Origin: Candidatus Latescibacterota bacterium
GTDB lineage: Bacteria > Latescibacterota > UBA2968 > GCA-2709665
Direction: 5' to 3'
Length of the DNA: 64,000 bases
Assembly (NCBI GenBank): GCA_965226795.1
Contig: CBDDDZ010000005.1
Coordinates: 1,984,001 to 2,048,000, forward strand
Shown: positions 51,943-61,165 of the stretch, piece after piece
Layout of the letters: each line of letters starts with the position of its first letter
How positions within the stretch are numbered: position 1 is the first letter of the stretch
Notes under the pieces: model-generated
What the model saw: the letters and a program-made list of their open reading frames with translations, nothing else
Told to the model about the DNA's origin: nothing
Database searches by the model: none
Translations under genes and position numbers: made by a program

Positions 51943-53454
51943 GTGACAACAGACAAACGCGGGGGAATCTGCTTCCGTGTGGACGACAACAAGCCGATTC
52001 GACAATGGATCGAGTTCGCGGAGGTCTTCAACCGGTACGGTTTGAAGTTCTGCGCCGCACTGTGTCCTGGAAGAATGGCCGGCGACGAAACATACACGAG
52101 GCTGGTCAGAACTTTGCAGGACCAGGGGCACGAAATCATGGACCACACGCCCCTTCACAGCGTCGACAAGCTGCCACTCCCTCACGGCGCGGATGCCGAT
52201 GCCTGGCGCAGGATGCCGGGCGTTGACCACGTGGATGAAACGCACGTCTACCTGACCTATGCCGAGATTGACACGGCATCGCTTCCGGAAGGTCGCGCGG
52301 ATATTTCGGGCAACCTGATGACAAGCCGGACGCCTCAAGGTCTGTACGACACCAACCAGACGCGATTCTTCGCCGTCTACCTGCCCCATACCGGCAGTGC
52401 ATTTCGGTTCAGGCAGATAGAGCATTCGGGCGATGGCGTATTGGCGCTACGCAGTTTTTGGGACGAAGACAACGTCCATCCGGGAGAACATCAGGATATC
52501 GTATACCATCCGCTGGGCAAAGCCGACGTTCGGATGACGCTGGCGGCTCGCAGGCTTCTGGCCGAATCGTCGCTGAATCTGTTTGACGACCTTGGTCTTG
52601 GTCGTCCCTTTACGTGGATACAGCCGGGGTCCGGAGGGTGTTCCGACTTCTGGCGTGAAGATGTCAAAGAATCCTTTGGAGACCTGTACGGATACGTGGC
52701 CGCGGCAACCTACCCGGACCGGTCTTTGAAGTGCTACAACGAGGATGATCCCAACGGGGACAAGCGGTTCGGTATGCAGTGGGGAGACTTCAACGACGAG
52801 GCGCAGGATCTGGATTGGAACCTGAAACGAATTGCAGACGGGATCGCCAAGCACCACGTTCTTATCGGCCACAGCCACTTCTGGGAGCACGCCATGCCGG
52901 ACGGTTGGGACGGTTATCTTAAACGGGTCGATCGGATCCTGTCCTGGTGCAAGGACAACCGGGTCCCGGTAAGGACCTATTCGGAGTGGGCAGAGGTTCT
53001 CTATCATATGAGTCCGGATCCCGAAGTGAATGTGTTTCCCGAACTGGGTGTCGATCTGGATGCAGACGGTACTCCCGATGGGTACGACGCGTTGTCGGCG
53101 GAGTTGGTCCGCAGCGGCGGCGGGCCCGATGGCGTCGGTGTTTTTCTGGCGGTACAGAATACCGGGACGATCTGCAAAGTGGATAAATTGGGTGGTCTGG
53201 AAAAGGGCGCAAATACCTTTTCGGTCCGGACATGCGGGCAGCCGGGGGGTACCATTGAGGCAACGTTCAGCTTCTTCGAAGCCGGAACGATGGAGAAACT
53301 CACGTTTTCCGTGGAAAGCCCCAATTGGACCATTCAACAGGCGGCTCTCATGGTGCCGACCGAAGCTTCTCTGGTAAATATCTCAATCGAGTGCGCGCGG
53401 CCCGGCAGCAGCGTTTTAAAGATAGGCGGGATGCGTCTGAGCGCGTGTAAATGA
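51943..53454 (+). CDS. Polysaccharide deacetylase-like (NodB homology) protein with C-terminal beta domain
   Basis: FRVDD, GHEIMDHT, WIQPG, LIGH. Confidence 0.65.
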   Translation: MTTDKRGGICFRVDDNKPIRQWIEFAEVFNRYGLKFCAALCPGRMAGDETYTRLVRTLQDQGHEIMDHTPLHSVDKLPLPHGADADAWRRMPGVDHVDETHVYLTYAEIDTASLPEGRADISGNLMTSRTPQGLYDTNQTRFFAVYLPHTGSAFRFRQIEHSGDGVLALRSFWDEDNVHPGEHQDIVYHPLGKADVRMTLAARRLLAESSLNLFDDLGLGRPFTWIQPGSGGCSDFWREDVKESFGDLYGYVAAATYPDRSLKCYNEDDPNGDKRFGMQWGDFNDEAQDLDWNLKRIADGIAKHHVLIGHSHFWEHAMPDGWDGYLKRVDRILSWCKDNRVPVRTYSEWAEVLYHMSPDPEVNVFPELGVDLDADGTPDGYDALSAELVRSGGGPDGVGVFLAVQNTGTICKVDKLGGLEKGANTFSVRTCGQPGGTIEATFSFFEAGTMEKLTFSVESPNWTIQQAALMVPTEASLVNISIECARPGSSVLKIGGMRLSACK

Positions 53455-53629
53455 ATTCCCGATACACGAACATGAAGCCCGCCTCGTATTCAGTCCCGAA
53501 AATGGATTGCCGAAATTCGGCCGCCGAGTCGCGCGGTAAACGGACACCGCTCAAGATTCCCTTGATGCGCGTCTGAAATGGTCCAAATTGCGTCGGATTC
53601 AGGCAAAAAAACATCCGTCGGATCGAAAT

Positions 53630-54520
53630 ATGGTGAAGATAGAGCCCCTGGATAAATTCCATCTGCCCCAGGTCATGGATCTTGTTAATGCTCATCTTGG
53701 CGCCGTGGTTCCCGGGTGGGCCCTGACGGCCTGCTACTTCTGGGAGCGTCTGAAGAGGAATCCGGCTGAGTGGGTAACCGATCCATGGGTCGCGGAAAGA
53801 AAATCTATCGTCGGCGTCGTCAACGACCGCGTCTGCGCCGCAGCCCATATCCTTCGATACGGAGACGATACGCGCTGGAAGGGAACCGCGGAAGTCGCCT
53901 GGCTGCTGTTCTGGCCCCGGGAGCGTACCGCCGGCGAGGCGATTCTGAAGGAATGCCTGCGCCAAATGAAAGCCTGGCAGGTAACGGACCGGCAGATATC
54001 GGGTCCTTTGCCCGTACCGGTTTGCGTCGGCTTGCCCCATGTCTGGCCACACATAGGCCTCATGCTGGGGCAATTCGGCTATTCATCCAATGCGGACGTC
54101 GACGAATCCGTCTACGGCGGTACCCTGGACGGTATTCCATCTCCAGGCGAACCCCCCGTAGAGGGCGCATCGATTCATCGCGACCTGGGGAAATTCAGCA
54201 CACGATTCGTGGCGCGGTTGGAAGGACGGGACGTAGCCTATGTTGAATGTGTTGCGGATCTCACCCAGGGCGGGCAGTTGCCTGCACTTTCCGGATGGGG
54301 CGAACTCTCGGAAGTGGAGACAAGCGATGCGATGCGAAACCGGGGTCTCGGTTCATGGGTGATGCGCCATGCCGTTGAATGGCTGCGCCTGTCCAGGTGC
54401 AGCCGGATTGTGTTGAGCGTTGCGATAGATGACGAAGAAGCGGGAGCCGGGAGGTTTTACCGGCGGTTCGGCTGGGCGCCGCTGGTTCGTCAAAGCCACT
54501 GGACCCGGAACTCCAGGTAA
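53630..54520 (+). CDS. GNAT acetyltransferase
   Basis: VET...RNRGLG...RFYRRFGW. Confidence 0.85.
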   Translation: MVKIEPLDKFHLPQVMDLVNAHLGAVVPGWALTACYFWERLKRNPAEWVTDPWVAERKSIVGVVNDRVCAAAHILRYGDDTRWKGTAEVAWLLFWPRERTAGEAILKECLRQMKAWQVTDRQISGPLPVPVCVGLPHVWPHIGLMLGQFGYSSNADVDESVYGGTLDGIPSPGEPPVEGASIHRDLGKFSTRFVARLEGRDVAYVECVADLTQGGQLPALSGWGELSEVETSDAMRNRGLGSWVMRHAVEWLRLSRCSRIVLSVAIDDEEAGAGRFYRRFGWAPLVRQSHWTRNSR

Positions 54521-54612
54521 TTATTCCATTGCTGGTCCCCGTCGCCCACCCGGACACCCGAGTCCAATCTGGTTCTCATCGATCCGCAGCGTCCACCGAA
54601 CAGGACCAACCT

Positions 54613-55752
54613 ATGTCCACACCTGACGCCAAATATGATCTGCTGATTACGGCCGGCCGCGTTTTCTGCGCCGAGACCGGCCTGGACGGACCCGGCGCCG
54701 TCGCCGTACGGGGTGACCGCATCGTGGCCTCCGGTACGGACGTGGAAGGAACCGCGTCACGGACCCTCGACTGCCCCGACGCCCTGCTTCTGCCGGGCCT
54801 GGTGGACATCCACGCCCATCCGGCCAGGGGCGGTTCACGGTTCGGCGTCGATCCGGACGTGCACTTTCTCCCGCGCGGGGTCACCACCTGCATGTCACAG
54901 GGGGACGCCGGCGCCCTCAACTGGCCTGCCTATCGGGACAAGGTCATCCGCGCCAGCCGCACCCGCGTGAGGCTGGCGCTGCACCTGTCGAAATACGGCG
55001 AATCGCCGCCGGATCACTGTTTCGAGCGACTCGAGAACGCCGACGTCGACCTGTGTGTCGATACCATCGCGGGGGCGGGGGACGAGATCTGGGGCATTGC
55101 GTTCAACACATTGCTCGAACCCACCCTCCCCCACGACCCGAGAGAGATTCTCCGCCGCGGAATCGAAGCCGCCGAACGCAGCGGACGCCCCATCCTCTAC
55201 GGACCGCGCTTCAAGGGCGACTTTCCCCTCGAGGAACAGTTGCCGCGCCTGCGGGCGGGAGACCTCTTCACTTACACGTTCAGCCCCCGCCCGGATAACA
55301 TCATCGCGAGCGGAAGGGTCCGGCGGGCCGTCTGGGAGGCAAGAGACCGGGGGGTTCTGTTCGACGGCTGTCACGGGGCACAGTCCTTCAGCTTCGCCCA
55401 CGTCGAACAGGCCATCGCCGAGGGATTCTACCCCGACACGATTTCCACCGACCAGTACAGGGCTCATGTGGGCGCCGATCCGCCCCACCACCTGCCCGGA
55501 ACGATGTCGAAATACATCGCCGCGGGCATGCCCGAAGCCGAAGTCCTGGCTCGGGCGACCGCCCGCCCGGCGGCATTGCTGGGGCTGGAGGGAGAAGCCG
55601 GCACGCTGGCGCCCGGTGCTTGCGCCGATCTGGCCCTCTTGCAGTGGAATCCCGATGGACGCCTGTCCGACGTGCTCGGCGTCGAACGCCCGGGAGGATC
55701 CTGGGAACCGCTGGCTACGGTGAAATCGGGCGAGGTCGTTCGACAAGACTGA
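54613..55752 (+). CDS. Amidohydrolase / dihydroorotase-like metallohydrolase
   Basis: PGLVDIHAH, GVTT..QGDAG, HG..SFSF, PDTISTD, GTL.PG..ADL. Confidence 0.9.
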   Translation: MSTPDAKYDLLITAGRVFCAETGLDGPGAVAVRGDRIVASGTDVEGTASRTLDCPDALLLPGLVDIHAHPARGGSRFGVDPDVHFLPRGVTTCMSQGDAGALNWPAYRDKVIRASRTRVRLALHLSKYGESPPDHCFERLENADVDLCVDTIAGAGDEIWGIAFNTLLEPTLPHDPREILRRGIEAAERSGRPILYGPRFKGDFPLEEQLPRLRAGDLFTYTFSPRPDNIIASGRVRRAVWEARDRGVLFDGCHGAQSFSFAHVEQAIAEGFYPDTISTDQYRAHVGADPPHHLPGTMSKYIAAGMPEAEVLARATARPAALLGLEGEAGTLAPGACADLALLQWNPDGRLSDVLGVERPGGSWEPLATVKSGEVVRQD

Positions 55753-55977
55753 CCCGCCCGATTCGAAGCCAACCCTCGGCCCGGCTCACCCACCCTGGAT
55801 TTTCGGTCATCGCTGAGGATGTTGACGCGATCTTTTCCTCAGCGTCGAGATGCCGATTCTGCGCAAGAATCATCTTCAGCCGCATTCCTCCGATTGAACC
55901 CGGTCAGCTGTGTCCACATTAAACACCATCAAGACCCCATCTCTCGAAGGAGTCCCCCATTGAGTCAGGAAGTAATC

Positions 55978-56910
55978 ATGATCGGCGGTTTCGTGCTTGC
56001 TTCCTATTCGATCGTCGGCAACGACGCCATTCAGACTCTGGGGACCTTTCTCAGTTCCAACGCCAAGCGCCCGTGGTGGGTAATATGGATCTTTGCCTGC
56101 AGTATCCTGGTGACAGTCCTGGCTTACGGATGGTGGATTCACCACGACGTCTCCTACGGAAGGTTGGAGAAGATACCCGAACCGGAACAGTGGTCGTGGA
56201 TCTACTGCGTCCCGCCGTTCGTCCTTCTTCTGCTGACCCGCGCCGGCATCCCGGCCAGTACCACTTTCCTCACCCTCACGATTTTTGCGCCGAAGGCCTT
56301 GCCGAGCATGCTGATCAAGTCGTTGAGCGGGTATGCGACGGCATTCGTTGCGGCCATCCTGGTGTACCGGTGGGTCACCCGGACAATCGAATCCCGATTT
56401 CATCGGACAGAGGGGCCAACCAGCGGTTGGTGGGTGGTGGCGCAATGGTGTTCAACCGGTTTTCTCTGGAGCCAGTGGCTGATTCAGGATCTGGCCAACA
56501 TCTTCGTCTTCCTCCCTCGGGACCTGTCGGCGGAATTTTTCCTCATGGCGATGATCGTCATGCTGGTCCTGCACGCGGCGATCTTCTACACGCACGGCGG
56601 CGCCATCCAGAAGGTGGTGCTCACCAAAACCAACACGACCGATATCCGTTCGGCGACGTTCGTTGATCTGATCTACGGTATTGTACTGCTCCTGTTCAAG
56701 GAAGTTTCCAAGCTCCCGATGAGCACGACGTGGGTCTTCGTCGGCCTCCTGGCAGGACGCGAGATCGCGGTCGCCTGGAATCAGCGGCACCGCAGCCGCC
56801 AGGAAGTGAGGCGTTTGGTGGCGATGGATTTCGCGAAGATTACCGGCGGACTCCTCGTCAGCATCGCCCTCGCCTATCTCCTGCCCAGACTGCAGGAGAT
56901 AATTGGGTGA
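55978..56910 (+). CDS. Membrane protein, PiT phosphate-transporter-like
   Basis: GNDAIQTLG, P.STT twice, QDLAN; multi-TM. The start is uncertain. Confidence 0.65.
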   Translation: MIGGFVLASYSIVGNDAIQTLGTFLSSNAKRPWWVIWIFACSILVTVLAYGWWIHHDVSYGRLEKIPEPEQWSWIYCVPPFVLLLLTRAGIPASTTFLTLTIFAPKALPSMLIKSLSGYATAFVAAILVYRWVTRTIESRFHRTEGPTSGWWVVAQWCSTGFLWSQWLIQDLANIFVFLPRDLSAEFFLMAMIVMLVLHAAIFYTHGGAIQKVVLTKTNTTDIRSATFVDLIYGIVLLLFKEVSKLPMSTTWVFVGLLAGREIAVAWNQRHRSRQEVRRLVAMDFAKITGGLLVSIALAYLLPRLQEIIG

Positions 56911-57187
56911 TGGAGGATCCTGGCGAGGATCATACGGCGGCTCCTGAGATCGGTCGATCGTCGCTCTCATTATCGTACGGGTGGGCGATACCGGCTGGCG
57001 TGCACCTTCTATCTGACGAAGGCGGGGTTGAAATCCGGAGGGCCGCTCAAGGAGATGCGGCCCTCCGGAATAACTCATCTAGCGTCAAAGTGGGCCTCAT
57101 ACCCATTTTTATCAAGATAAATCTTGACACTTTGACCCCAACATCCTATATATGGATTGACACAAAAAGGAGCTATGCGTTGTGGTT

Positions 57188-57409
57188 ATGCCGCGAGAGA
57201 AATTCTCGAGCCAGGTGTCGCCGGAGTTGCTAGGCGCGATGCGGGAGATTGCCCGCCATGATGGCCGTCATTTTCAAGCGGTGCTGGAAGAAGCCATGCT
57301 TGAGTACATCGAAAATCGCGCTCAAGGAAAACCGCGCGCCTCGGTCATGGCCCACTTCCAAGCCAGCATCGAAAGAAACCGCCATCTGGGTGAAATGCTG
57401 GCAAAATGA
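57188..57409 (+). CDS. Ribbon-helix-helix antitoxin
   Basis: REKFSSQV..ELL...A..DGR..Q.VLEEA; ATGA overlap with the Doc-like gene. Confidence 0.75.
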   Translation: MPREKFSSQVSPELLGAMREIARHDGRHFQAVLEEAMLEYIENRAQGKPRASVMAHFQASIERNRHLGEMLAK

Positions 57410-57795
57410 CCCATGACTTCCCCACCATACAGGAAGTCATCGTCATGCACCACGCCCTGATCAGCGCCTTTGGCGGCAAACCGGGTATTCGTGATGAAGG
57501 CGCCCTGGCCTCCGCGCTCATGCGCCCCCAGCTTGGATACTACGACGACCATGTCGAGGAAGCGGCGGCGCTTATGGAGAGCCTGGCCAATAATCACCCC
57601 TTCATAGACGGCAATAAACGGGCGGCCTTCTTCGTTACAGACACTTTCCTGCGCCTGAACGGCCACTTCATCGACTGCGACGGCGATGAAGCATTCGGTT
57701 TCTTTGTGCGGATGTTCGAGGCCGGTACATTCCGATTCGCCGAATTAAAGGCGTGGCTGCAGGACAGGGTCGCTCCCCTGCCTGTCGTTCGGTAA
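57406..57795 (+). CDS. doc: Doc-family (Fido) toxin
   Basis: GIRD.G.L.SA..RP and NHPFIDGNKR. Confidence 0.9.
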   Translation: MTHDFPTIQEVIVMHHALISAFGGKPGIRDEGALASALMRPQLGYYDDHVEEAAALMESLANNHPFIDGNKRAAFFVTDTFLRLNGHFIDCDGDEAFGFFVRMFEAGTFRFAELKAWLQDRVAPLPVVR

Positions 57796-57910
57796 CCTCT
57801 GAGGACACGACCCATACAGATTGACGTTTATTCTTTGCGGGAATTGGGTGAAGATTGGCGTGGGCCAGGGGACTCACCAGTGTCCGAGTATATCATCCGG
57901 GAGAATCTGC

Positions 57911-59200
57911 ATGCGGTACCAGGCGCCACGGACCGACGGACAAATTGAATCCTGCTTTCAGCAGGCTGCCGAACAATACGCCGCCCTCGGCGTGGACGCG
58001 CATGAAGCCGTAGAGAAGGCAACGGACGTGCCCATCTCGCTTCACTGCTGGCAGGCCGACGACGTGGCGGGTTTGGAGACCAGGGACGAAGCCGTGGAAG
58101 GCGGCGGCATTATGGCAACGGGAAATTACCCGGGCCGCGCGAGAAACGGGGATGAGCTGCGGGCCGATCTCGAACAGGTGATCGGCCTGTTGCCGGGGCG
58201 GCACCGCGTGAACGTCCACGCGTCCTACGGCGACACGGGCGGTGAAGTGGTGGATCGGGATCGCCTCGAACCCGGGCACTTCACCGGCTGGATATCCTGG
58301 GCGAAGGAGAACCGGATCGGACTGGACTTCAATCCCACGTATTTCGCCCATCCGAAGGCGAATGACGGGTACACGCTCGCCCATCCCGACCAGGAAATCC
58401 GCGAATTCTGGATCCGGCACGGCGTGGCCAGCCGGCGAATCGCAGAGGCCATTGGCATTGCGCTGGATGACGAGTGCGTGAACAACCACTGGCTACCCGA
58501 CGGCGCCAAAGACCATCCCGCGGACCGTCACGGACCCCGCAAACGCCTGATGGAATCCCTGGACGCCGTCCTGGACCCCGCACTGGAAATCGGACCGGCA
58601 TGCGTGGATGCCGTTGAGGGCAAACTCTTCGGCCTGGGCGTGGAAGACTACACGGCGGGTTCGAACGACTTCTACGCGAACTACGCCCTGTCCCGCGGCG
58701 TGGTCCTCTGCCTGGACATGGGCCACTTTCACCCGACGGAATCCATTGCGGACAAGATCTCCGCGCACCTGCCCTTCCACGACAAGCTGCTTATTCACAC
58801 CAGCCGGCCCATACGCTGGGATTCGGACCACGTCGTGCTTTTTGGCGACGACGTACGCAATGTCTTTCTCGAAATTGTCCGGTGCGACGCCCTGGACCGC
58901 GTCTACGTGGCCCTGGACTTCTTCGACGCCGGCATCAACCGTATCGGCGCCTACGTGATTGGCACCCGGGCCACCCGGAAAGCCATTCTCTACGCACTGC
59001 TGGATCCCACGCAAAGACTGCAGGAACTGGAACGGGAAGGCAAACTGGCGCAAAAGCTGGCCCTGATGGAAGAGATGAAAACGATGCCCTTCCCGGCCGT
59101 CTGGGACATGACCTGCCTGAAAACCGGCGCGCCGCCCGGCGCCGCCTGGATTCCCGAAATGGAAGCCTACGAGAAACAGGTCCTGTCAAGCCGGGGATAA
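57911..59200 (+). CDS. rhaA: L-rhamnose isomerase
   Basis: ISLHCWQ.DDV.G.E, TGNYPG.AR, LDFNPT, E.KLFG.G.E, LD.GHFHPTE, RWDSDHVV. Confidence 0.96.
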   Translation: MRYQAPRTDGQIESCFQQAAEQYAALGVDAHEAVEKATDVPISLHCWQADDVAGLETRDEAVEGGGIMATGNYPGRARNGDELRADLEQVIGLLPGRHRVNVHASYGDTGGEVVDRDRLEPGHFTGWISWAKENRIGLDFNPTYFAHPKANDGYTLAHPDQEIREFWIRHGVASRRIAEAIGIALDDECVNNHWLPDGAKDHPADRHGPRKRLMESLDAVLDPALEIGPACVDAVEGKLFGLGVEDYTAGSNDFYANYALSRGVVLCLDMGHFHPTESIADKISAHLPFHDKLLIHTSRPIRWDSDHVVLFGDDVRNVFLEIVRCDALDRVYVALDFFDAGINRIGAYVIGTRATRKAILYALLDPTQRLQELEREGKLAQKLALMEEMKTMPFPAVWDMTCLKTGAPPGAAWIPEMEAYEKQVLSSRG

Positions 59201-59338
59201 AGAAGAACGCCGAACGGGCGGCAAAAAACCCACCCGGTTCGGCGATCCATATCCGTTGTGATTCCCTTTCACAGTTGCGCCGAGTTTATCGTCAGAATAC
59301 ATGTGGCCGATGCACATGATTGGGATTGTAATTTACCA

Positions 59339-61165
59339 TCACTCAGGTCCCTCATCCTGACCTTTTTCTCGACTGCCGTTCCCCTTCGAGTGCGTCGGGA
59401 CGCGATGGTCGAAGGGATGCTCAAAGGCAGCGCGAGCCTGATATTGAGTAAATGTAGTCAGGAGCGCACCAGAACGGGGCTGCCGTAACCGCAGCACTCG
59501 CTTGAGACCGTACCGCACAGTCCTGCCGCTAACCGTACCTGGGAGCGCAACAGTACCTGACGGCGTGGGCAGCGCTAGCAGCTGTACCTCGTGACCAAGT
59601 CCCTCTTTTGTCAGTTGCTCGTATTGAGTAAGGACGGCCCGGTAGAAATTCTGTAATCTCTTGAACCGCTTCTTCCAGGGATCGATAAGTAGTTCAGGAC
59701 ATGCCATGCCGACTTCGATACAAGCGACTCCATCCTCTCGAAAAGAACAAAGGTCGAGCACATTAAGGAGGAAATGGTGAACCTTCGCAAAATTCGCAAA
59801 CGCTGGTCTTCCAGTATTCTGGTCATAATATGGCAACTCTGCCCAACTATCCTTAGTCTTCTCGTTGTTGGGACCGACTACTAATTCAACAAGGCAACCG
59901 GTGCGCCCATGCGTGTCGTAGCTTCGCTTTCCATTTTTTCGTACCACAAGGTCGCACGGCTGCACCAGAAGTAAATAACGCTTACCATTTGAGCAATTTT
60001 CAAAGATGTCACCGAGTTCAACGGGTGCGTGGAACCGGTTGATTTGTTCGTCCGACTCGTAGCTTTCAAATCTGTGTATTCGCAAGGCTTCAAGCGAAGC
60101 GCAATCGTTGTCAAGGGCGGTGGCAATCTCCTGCTCAGTGGTACTCACACGCCGGGCTTCCGCGAACGTTGTAGAGATTTGCTCGTCCTGGTGCAGCTGT
60201 ACTAAAGCTTCTCGACGCATGAGGATTCCAAAAACTCGGAAGAGTGTATCAGGTTCCCAAACGCCCTCCCGACGGGACGATTCGAATACGATTCTGTCAA
60301 AGTCGAATACCGATAGGTCTTCGACGGTAGCTCTTGCCGCAGCAACGGACTTTTCGAAGATGCGCCATGCAGCCGACTTGACCTGTGTATATCGCTTACT
60401 CAGCGCTACCAAACGTAGCATGGCAAGGAATCCGTAGTAGTCTGGCGTATCGTTCGTCAGTCGTTCCTTGGCAATGACCACGAATTTATCCCGTTCCAAA
60501 TTGTATTCACTGGCTAACTTAACCCAGGCATCATACTCACCTCTCACAGGGACCGTGTGGGTGATCATTCCGCAGTACCCGACGTCGGCACACTGCCCTC
60601 GGCGGATTAGATTGAACCCTTCGTCTTCAGTACCTTCCTCCTCCCGGCCAAAGTCACGATCGAATAGCAGCACCGTATTCGCCGATTTAGCATCGGTAAG
60701 GAGAGTTTGCGCTTTTGCCTTCCACTCATTTAGGGAGAGCGTAATGTATTCACACGCTTCAAGCTCGCTTAGGATCTTTTCAAGCGATTCAGCGGCCTTA
60801 CTATCAACGTGTTTATGCGTATCGTTTAATATCCCGTTGGCTTCCGCTGGCAACACCTCACGTTCTGCTTTAAGCGCCTGAGTCAGCAGCTCTCGACGCT
60901 GCGTACCTCCCAGCTTCTCCCACGTTTCCCGAACAAGATCCGTCCAAATACCTCGATCTACCCCAAAGTCGATGCCGGCAAAGTGCGGTAACTCTGCTGC
61001 TTGAGACGGAGCCAATTCCGAGCAAATCCCTATCAGTTCCTCGACGCCGGGGAGTCGGCTGGCGTACTCATCATCAACCACGATGATCCGCGACACACCA
61101 ATAGACGAAAACAGTTGGAGGGCGTGCTTCCGGACAACCTCGGGTGTAGTTACGCTGCTATGCAC
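59339..61165 (-). CDS. Receiver-domain-containing protein of an R-M-associated system
   Basis: IIVVDDE...LLFDRD atypical REC with insert, and Q.CDL motif; overlaps the kinase gene. Confidence 0.7.
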   Translation of the reverse strand: MHSSVTTPEVVRKHALQLFSSIGVSRIIVVDDEYASRLPGVEELIGICSELAPSQAAELPHFAGIDFGVDRGIWTDLVRETWEKLGGTQRRELLTQALKAEREVLPAEANGILNDTHKHVDSKAAESLEKILSELEACEYITLSLNEWKAKAQTLLTDAKSANTVLLFDRDFGREEEGTEDEGFNLIRRGQCADVGYCGMITHTVPVRGEYDAWVKLASEYNLERDKFVVIAKERLTNDTPDYYGFLAMLRLVALSKRYTQVKSAAWRIFEKSVAAARATVEDLSVFDFDRIVFESSRREGVWEPDTLFRVFGILMRREALVQLHQDEQISTTFAEARRVSTTEQEIATALDNDCASLEALRIHRFESYESDEQINRFHAPVELGDIFENCSNGKRYLLLVQPCDLVVRKNGKRSYDTHGRTGCLVELVVGPNNEKTKDSWAELPYYDQNTGRPAFANFAKVHHFLLNVLDLCSFREDGVACIEVGMACPELLIDPWKKRFKRLQNFYRAVLTQYEQLTKEGLGHEVQLLALPTPSGTVALPGTVSGRTVRYGLKRVLRLRQPRSGALLTTFTQYQARAAFEHPFDHRVPTHSKGNGSREKGQDEGPE